From: Candidatus Latescibacterota bacterium
GTDB taxonomy: Bacteria > Latescibacterota > UBA2968
Reading direction: 5' to 3'
Assembly (NCBI GenBank): GCA_038279365.1
Contig: JAYODI010000032.1
Span: 13,915-55,010, forward strand
DNA: 41,096 nt
Positions 35,626 to 41,096 of this stretch are shown in pieces. A program made the translations under genes and the position numbers. The notes beneath the pieces were generated by a model. It saw only the letters and a list, made by a program, of their open reading frames with translations. It was not told where the DNA came from and searched no databases. How positions within the stretch are numbered: position 1 is the first letter of the stretch; each line of letters opens with the position of its first letter.

Positions 35626-37239
35626 ATGGCCATACAATCTTGGGTGACGTCTTCTTTTGTGCGGCATTTCCCGCAATCTTCGGCTGGGCGCAATACGGTG
35701 GTGGCTTTGGAAGGTGCACGAAATGAATCGCTTAGTTTTCAGGTGGGTGTGCGACAAAGTGGTGATCGGCCTCAAAAAGTAAGTGTGGCTGTTGATGGGC
35801 CAAAGGGGTGGTCTGTGCGTGTGCGCCGAGTGGGATATGTGCCTGTTCGGCATTTTAACACGCCCATTGAACCCGATGTGGCAGATGTGGATGGGGTGGG
35901 GCATATTCCGGGTTATGTGCCCGATCCGCTATTTGATGAATCTGACGTGCTTTTGCCTGGGGGTGAAACACATGCGTTTTGGGTTACTGTGGTGCCCAAG
36001 CGCGGTGCGCGTGCCGGGCGATATTCGGTGCGGGTGACAGTGATGCCCGATGGTGAAAAACAAAAAGTGATGAAGGCGAGCGTCAGATTACACGCGGTAT
36101 CGCTTCAGAAACGAAAAGGGTTTCCAATTACGCATTGGTTTTATACCGATGCAATTATGGACTGGTATGATACCGGTGGTTTTGATACGCGGTTTTGGCA
36201 GTTGGCCGATACGTATTTGGACAATTATACGGGCCATGGATTGGATGCTTTGTATATCCCTGTGTTTACCCCACCGTTGGATGGGGTGAAACGCCCGACG
36301 CAGTTGTTGCGTGTGTCGCACAATGGAACGGGTGATTATACGTTTGATTGGCGCGATGTGAAGCGGTATGTGGCATTGGCCAAAAAGAAGGGCATTCGAT
36401 ATTTTGAATGGTGTCACCCGATAACACAATGGGGGGCCAAACACGCCATTCGAATTTATGAAGGACAAGGGCAGGATGAAAAGTTGTTGTGGCGACCTAC
36501 TACGGGCGCAACGTCGAAGACATATCGGCATTTTTTGTCGCAATATTTGCCAGAGTTGCATCGGTTTTTGAAAGCAGAGAAAATTTTGAATCGTTCATTT
36601 TTTCATGTGTCGGATGAACCGCATGGGGATGAACATTTGAAAAATTATAAAAAAGCGCGGGCGATGTTGACCGAGCTTGCACCGTGGATGACGGTGATGG
36701 ATGCGTTGACAGATATTCGATTTGCACGTGAAAATTTGACGGATATTCCTGTGCCGAGCATTCGTACGGCATTGGATTTCTACCACGAAGGTATTCCCAG
36801 TTGGTGTTATTATTGTTGCAACCCACGTGGGAAGTATCTCAATCGATTGATGGACACACCTTTGCCAAAGATTGCGATGCACGGATTTTTGTTTTATCGG
36901 TGGCCTTTTAAGGGTTTTTTGCATTGGGGTTATAATTATTGGTACAAATCACAAACGCGTGAGTTGATTGATCCTTTTGTGGTGCAAGATGGTGGGCGTT
37001 GGCCGGGATGGGCATTTGGTGATACGTCTGTGGTGTATCCAGGGATTGATGGGCCGATAGATTCGATTCGTTGGGAAGTGTTTGCGGAAAGTTTACAAGA
37101 CTATGCTTTGTTGCAAACTGTGGGTGTGGATCGCGATGATCGTTTGTTTGCGGATTTGAAAAGTTTTGAAGATTTTCCCAAAAATGAAGATTGGCGACAA
37201 AAGGCGCGTGCCAAAGTGTTTTCAATGATCAAAAAATAA
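35626..37239 (+). CDS. DUF4091-domain glycoside hydrolase (GH123-like)
   Basis: ARNESLSFQ, VPDPL, HVSDEP, WCYYCC.P, GFLHWGYNYW, GD..VVYPG, SIRWE...ESLQDY. Start reassigned to ATG 35626 after GGAG. Confidence 0.8.
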   Translation: MAIQSWVTSSFVRHFPQSSAGRNTVVALEGARNESLSFQVGVRQSGDRPQKVSVAVDGPKGWSVRVRRVGYVPVRHFNTPIEPDVADVDGVGHIPGYVPDPLFDESDVLLPGGETHAFWVTVVPKRGARAGRYSVRVTVMPDGEKQKVMKASVRLHAVSLQKRKGFPITHWFYTDAIMDWYDTGGFDTRFWQLADTYLDNYTGHGLDALYIPVFTPPLDGVKRPTQLLRVSHNGTGDYTFDWRDVKRYVALAKKKGIRYFEWCHPITQWGAKHAIRIYEGQGQDEKLLWRPTTGATSKTYRHFLSQYLPELHRFLKAEKILNRSFFHVSDEPHGDEHLKNYKKARAMLTELAPWMTVMDALTDIRFARENLTDIPVPSIRTALDFYHEGIPSWCYYCCNPRGKYLNRLMDTPLPKIAMHGFLFYRWPFKGFLHWGYNYWYKSQTRELIDPFVVQDGGRWPGWAFGDTSVVYPGIDGPIDSIRWEVFAESLQDYALLQTVGVDRDDRLFADLKSFEDFPKNEDWRQKARAKVFSMIKK

Positions 37240-37254
37240 TGTGGGAGTGTGAAG

Positions 37255-37887
37255 ATGCCTGTGTTTCGGAGTGGGGATGTGCTACCCGATTGGTGCGAGT
37301 TGAAGTTTTTTGATATTGTGACTCTTCAGCCTGGGGATGTTCATCGGTTTGAACGCAAAGGTCCAAAAGAAAAAATTATTGTGGGTGAGGGGCGATGTCT
37401 GTTATCTGTTTTGGATAAAAAAATAAATGCAGAAGAACGGACAAACATGGATCTGGATTCTGCTGATGGTGTTTTTGAGGTGGTGGACGTTTATGAACCA
37501 ACGACCTTAATACGTATGGCTGGTGTGTGGCAAGATGATGTGGGTGGTTCGGGACTTTTTTCTGTTGATACGGTGACAAATCCGAAAGAAAAAGGTGACC
37601 CCGCACCCTACGTAAAGACAACGGGCATTGACAATCATTTTCATGATTGTGATGAATATTGGATTGTGTTTCAAGGTGCTGGGAGTGTGGTTTCCGAAAA
37701 GAAACATTACGATGTGGGCGTGGGGGATTGTTTGGCGATTGGCATGGGGTGGCATCACGATTTTCCTCGTGTGGATATACCTGTGAAGGCTGTTTATTTT
37801 GAAACGACTATGGAACGCGAAAAACGCCGTGGTCATTTGTGGGAGCATACACATGGGCCAGCGCAACCTGTGTTAGAACGCGTGTGA
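37255..37887 (+). CDS. Cupin-domain protein
   Basis: HFHDCDEYWIV...GD..AIGMGWHHD metal-binding cupin motifs. ATG 37255 lies 7 nt after GGAG (GTG 37249 is an alternative start). Confidence 0.8.
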   Translation: MPVFRSGDVLPDWCELKFFDIVTLQPGDVHRFERKGPKEKIIVGEGRCLLSVLDKKINAEERTNMDLDSADGVFEVVDVYEPTTLIRMAGVWQDDVGGSGLFSVDTVTNPKEKGDPAPYVKTTGIDNHFHDCDEYWIVFQGAGSVVSEKKHYDVGVGDCLAIGMGWHHDFPRVDIPVKAVYFETTMEREKRRGHLWEHTHGPAQPVLERV

Positions 37888-37897
37888 TTGGAGTGTT

Positions 37898-39343
37898 ATG
37901 TCAAAACCGAATATCATATTTATTTTGTTAGATGATTATGGTTGGAAAGATTCGACGTGTTATGGGAGTTCGTTTTATGAAACGCCCAACGTGGATCGGT
38001 TGTGTGCCCAAGGGATGAAGTTTACCGATGCGTATGCGTCTTGCCCAGTGTGCTCTCCCACGCGTGCCAGTGTGATGACAGGGAAGTATCCGGCAACGGT
38101 GGGGATTACCGATTGGATTAATTGGGGAGGGAATGCACATCCGATAAAAGGGCGTTTGATTGATGTGCCTTATTTGAAAGATTTGCCTCAGACAGAGCAT
38201 ACCGTGGCAAAGGCTTTGCAAGCTGGTGGATATGCCACATGGCATGTGGGTAAGTGGCATTTGGGTGGGCCTGGGCATAAACCCGAAGATCATGGGTTTG
38301 AAGTGAATGTGGGTGGGTGCGAAGTGGGGTCTCCTGGAGGCGGTGGGTATTTTAGCCCGTGGTCTATTCCTGTGTTAAAAGATGCAGATGTACCTGAAGG
38401 AACCTACTTGACGGATTATTTGAGTGATCAGGTGGTCAACTTGGTGGAGAACAGAGATCGGGATCGGCCCTTCTTTTTGAATTTGTGGTATTACACGGTG
38501 CATACGCCCATTCAAGCCAAAGAAGAGAAGATTCAGAAGTATGTGGCCAAAGCGAAGGCTTTGGGATTGGATCAGGTGAAAACATTTGAAGATGGGGATT
38601 TTCATCCGAGTGTGCGTAAAAAAGATCAACGGATTAAGCGGCGTTTGGTGCAATCTGACCCTGTATATGCGGCTATGATTGAGAGTATGGATGAGGGCAT
38701 TGGGAAGTTGTTGGATGTGTTGGAACGAGAGGGTATTGCAGACGATACGGTGATTGTGTTTACGTCTGATAATGGTGGGTTGGCGACGAGTGAAGGGTCG
38801 CCCACGTGTAATGCCCCGCTTGCCGAAGGGAAGGGGTGGATGTATGAGGGGGGCACGCGTGAGCCGTTGTTGGTGAAGTGGCCTGGGGTGACACGGGCAG
38901 GCAGTGTTTGTGAGGTGCCCGTGACAAGCCCCGATTATTATCCCACGTTGTTGGAGATTGCGGGTGTGGACGCCATTTCGGAACAGGCTTTTGATGGGGT
39001 GAGCATTGCGCCCTTGTTGCGCGGTGAGACTTTGGATCGAGAGGCTATTTTTTGGCACTACCCACATTATGGCAATCAGGGTGGCACGCCAGGTTCGTCT
39101 GTGCGGGCAGGTGATTATAAGCTGATTGAATTTTTTGAGTCGGGGCATGTGGAGCTTTATAATTTGCGTGAAGATATCGGTGAAGAAAATGATTTGGCCG
39201 ATATTTTGCCCGATGTGCGCGATCGGTTGTGGGCGATGTTGCATGCCTGGCGCGACTCGGTGGAGGCGAAAATTCCGGAGGTAAATTCTGATTTTGAGTC
39301 GTGGCAAGAAAAACCGGTGTGGGCGACCAAACGGGGTCATTAG
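37898..39343 (+). CDS. Cys-type sulfatase (arylsulfatase / N-acetylgalactosamine-sulfatase-like)
   Basis: PNIIFILLDDYG, CSPTRASVMTG, GKWHLG, VHTP, FTSDNGG, GKGWMYEGG, FWHYPHY. Confidence 0.93.
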   Translation: MSKPNIIFILLDDYGWKDSTCYGSSFYETPNVDRLCAQGMKFTDAYASCPVCSPTRASVMTGKYPATVGITDWINWGGNAHPIKGRLIDVPYLKDLPQTEHTVAKALQAGGYATWHVGKWHLGGPGHKPEDHGFEVNVGGCEVGSPGGGGYFSPWSIPVLKDADVPEGTYLTDYLSDQVVNLVENRDRDRPFFLNLWYYTVHTPIQAKEEKIQKYVAKAKALGLDQVKTFEDGDFHPSVRKKDQRIKRRLVQSDPVYAAMIESMDEGIGKLLDVLEREGIADDTVIVFTSDNGGLATSEGSPTCNAPLAEGKGWMYEGGTREPLLVKWPGVTRAGSVCEVPVTSPDYYPTLLEIAGVDAISEQAFDGVSIAPLLRGETLDREAIFWHYPHYGNQGGTPGSSVRAGDYKLIEFFESGHVELYNLREDIGEENDLADILPDVRDRLWAMLHAWRDSVEAKIPEVNSDFESWQEKPVWATKRGH

Positions 39344-39360
39344 GCTGAGTGGGTGATAAA

Positions 39361-40287
39361 ATGGCATTTTCTCTGGATGAAAACGGAACAAAAGTTGAAA
39401 CACTTTTTGATGGTTTACAACCCATTCCCAAAAACAGTGGGTTGCAAATGGATGGGTATTTTGTGTGGGGTGGGTCGGTTATTGAAGCAGATGGTCTGTT
39501 TCATATGTTTGCCTCGCGATGGCCTGCCGAGAGTTCCTTTCCCAGTGGATATATGACCCAATCAGAGATTGTTCACGCTGTGTCTGATAACCCAATTGGG
39601 CCCTATTCGTTTCAAGATGTGGTAACACCTACACGTGGTGAGGCCTATTGGGATGGACAGATGACACACAATCCATCTATTTATCGTGTAGGAGATGGTT
39701 TTGTTTTGTTTCACAATGCGTGTGCGGTGAACAGTCGGGTGCGCAAGGTGGGGTATGTAACGGGGCCCACCGTGAATGGGCCATGGACACGTTTGGATGA
39801 ACCGATACCATTGAGTGATGATGCCAATAACCCAGGGGCTTGTTTTGCCCAAGACGGATCTCTCAAACTGGTGTTTCGCGATCGTGAATTGAAGATGGGC
39901 ATTGCAGAAGCATCTGGTGTTGATGGACCTTATCGTGTGCGTGATTTTGATATTATGCCCAACGTGAAGTTGGAAGATGCATATTTTTATTTTCAAGATG
40001 GACGCCACCATATTGTGTGTGAAGACAATCGGGCACAGGTTTCAGGGCATGAACGCTGGGGTGTTCATTTGGTGTCTGATGATGGGGTAACAGATTGGCA
40101 AAAAGGAACACCTGTGGTTGCTTATACGCATACGGTTGTGTGGGATGATGGTACTAGAACAACGTTTGAGCGTCGTGAACGACCACAGTTTATTTTTGAT
40201 GATCAAGGATGTGTGACACATTTGTGTACAGGTGTTTTATTTGAAGGGCGAACCTGGTGTTTGGTTCAGCCTGTTTTGGGAGGATAA
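39361..40287 (+). CDS. Five-bladed beta-propeller glycoside hydrolase (GH43/GH117-like clan)
   Basis: WGGSVI, FHMFASRWP, HAVSDNPIGPY, THNP, NNP, EDAY, ERPQ. GTG at 39349 is an alternative start. Confidence 0.78.
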   Translation: MAFSLDENGTKVETLFDGLQPIPKNSGLQMDGYFVWGGSVIEADGLFHMFASRWPAESSFPSGYMTQSEIVHAVSDNPIGPYSFQDVVTPTRGEAYWDGQMTHNPSIYRVGDGFVLFHNACAVNSRVRKVGYVTGPTVNGPWTRLDEPIPLSDDANNPGACFAQDGSLKLVFRDRELKMGIAEASGVDGPYRVRDFDIMPNVKLEDAYFYFQDGRHHIVCEDNRAQVSGHERWGVHLVSDDGVTDWQKGTPVVAYTHTVVWDDGTRTTFERRERPQFIFDDQGCVTHLCTGVLFEGRTWCLVQPVLGG

Positions 40288-40288
40288 T

Positions 40289-41096
40289 ATGAAGTATGCT
40301 TGTTTTACAGTTGGTCAGCCAGAATCAACACCAGAAGAAGCATTGAAGCAATTGAAAGATGCTGGGTATGATGGGGTGGAGTGGCGTATTACGAATGATG
40401 AGGGTGACACATCGACACCGGGGTTTTGGAAGGGTAATCGGTGTACCTTGCAAGCATCGTGGTCAGATGCACAGTTTGAAGAAGTTGCAAAGATGACTTC
40501 CGACTTGGGGCTTGAGGTGCCGTGTTTGGGGACGTATTTGGGGCATGCCGATTTTGAAGGTATTGAGCGGATGATGACGGTGGCCAAGATTTTTGGTGCA
40601 AAGGCGATGCGGGTGAACCCTGGGCGATATGATGGATCGAGACATTATCGCGAAGCTTTTGATGAGGGGGTGTCGGCATTTGGGCGGTCGCAGATGTTGG
40701 CGAAGCGGTTTGGGGTGAAGTTGTTGGTGGAGATGCATCCGGGCAATATCACGCCGTCGGCGAGTGCGGCGTTTCAATTTGTGTCGAACTTTTCGCCCGA
40801 TTTTGTGGGGACGATTCACGATGCGGGGAATATGGTGAATGAGGGGTTTGAGAATTATCAAATGGGGTTTGAGATTTTGGGGCCTTATTTGGCACACGTG
40901 CATGTGAAGAATGGCGGGTGGGCGTCGGAACCTGCTGAGGCACCACGTGAGGTGAAATGGAAGGGGGTGGCCACACCGATGCGAAAAGGGGTGGTGGATT
41001 ATGCAGAGGTTTTGCGGGGGTTGAAGAAGGTGGGGTATGAGGGGTGGTTGAGTTTTGAGGATTTTTCTCAGGAGAAGAGTCAGGCTGAGCGGGTGA
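40289..41096 (+). CDS. Sugar-phosphate isomerase/epimerase (xylose-isomerase-like TIM barrel); 3' end outside the window
   Basis: Translated by hand: MKYACFTVGQPE..GYDGVEWR...LLVEMHPG...IHDAGNMV.EG...HVHVKN...GYEGWLSFEDF. ATG follows GGAGG. Open to the right edge and absent from the ORF track. Confidence 0.88.
   Translation, partial: MKYACFTVGQPESTPEEALKQLKDAGYDGVEWRITNDEGDTSTPGFWKGNRCTLQASWSDAQFEEVAKMTSDLGLEVPCLGTYLGHADFEGIERMMTVAKIFGAKAMRVNPGRYDGSRHYREAFDEGVSAFGRSQMLAKRFGVKLLVEMHPGNITPSASAAFQFVSNFSPDFVGTIHDAGNMVNEGFENYQMGFEILGPYLAHVHVKNGGWASEPAEAPREVKWKGVATPMRKGVVDYAEVLRGLKKVGYEGWLSFEDFSQEKSQAERV

Noticed and set aside
20574..39403. Long antisense ORFs (20574-21404, 31584-32540, 38375-39403)
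   Set aside because: They mirror well-supported + strand genes and show no motifs; consistent with a codon-bias artefact.

Overview
Bacterial chromosomal window with a strong G/T excess on the + strand whichever strand carries the gene, so + is probably the leading strand. It has four parts. (1) 2-5398 (-): a lipoprotein alpha-2-macroglobulin with an intact CLEQ thioester, running off the left edge and missed by the ORF track. (2) About 5660-8760: an AT-richer island of three different type II toxin-antitoxin pairs: DUF4258/YgiT (toxin carries an in-frame TGA), RelE-like killer/HTH antidote, and HigBA. These are separated by attC-like hairpins, followed by an ORF-less unit with complementary ends, and no integrase is present. 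It looks like an integrase-less integron cassette array (CALIN) with non-canonical attC geometry. (3) 9044-13691: a sulfatase, a PhyH-family Fe/2OG enzyme with HxG instead of HxD, a stand-alone FabF-type ketosynthase and a delta-9 desaturase. (4) 14084-end: about 27 kb of co-oriented catabolic genes: two more sulfatases, 2 GH4, PL11-like, GH172/DUF2961, GH123-like/DUF4091, two beta-propeller glycosidases, redox, aldolase and isomerase enzymes, and three large uncharacterised proteins, two of them clear paralogs. No transporter, regulator or obvious signal peptide is visible in this cluster. No rRNA, tRNA, CRISPR array or transposase was recognised. All product calls come from motif recognition by eye, not database searches.
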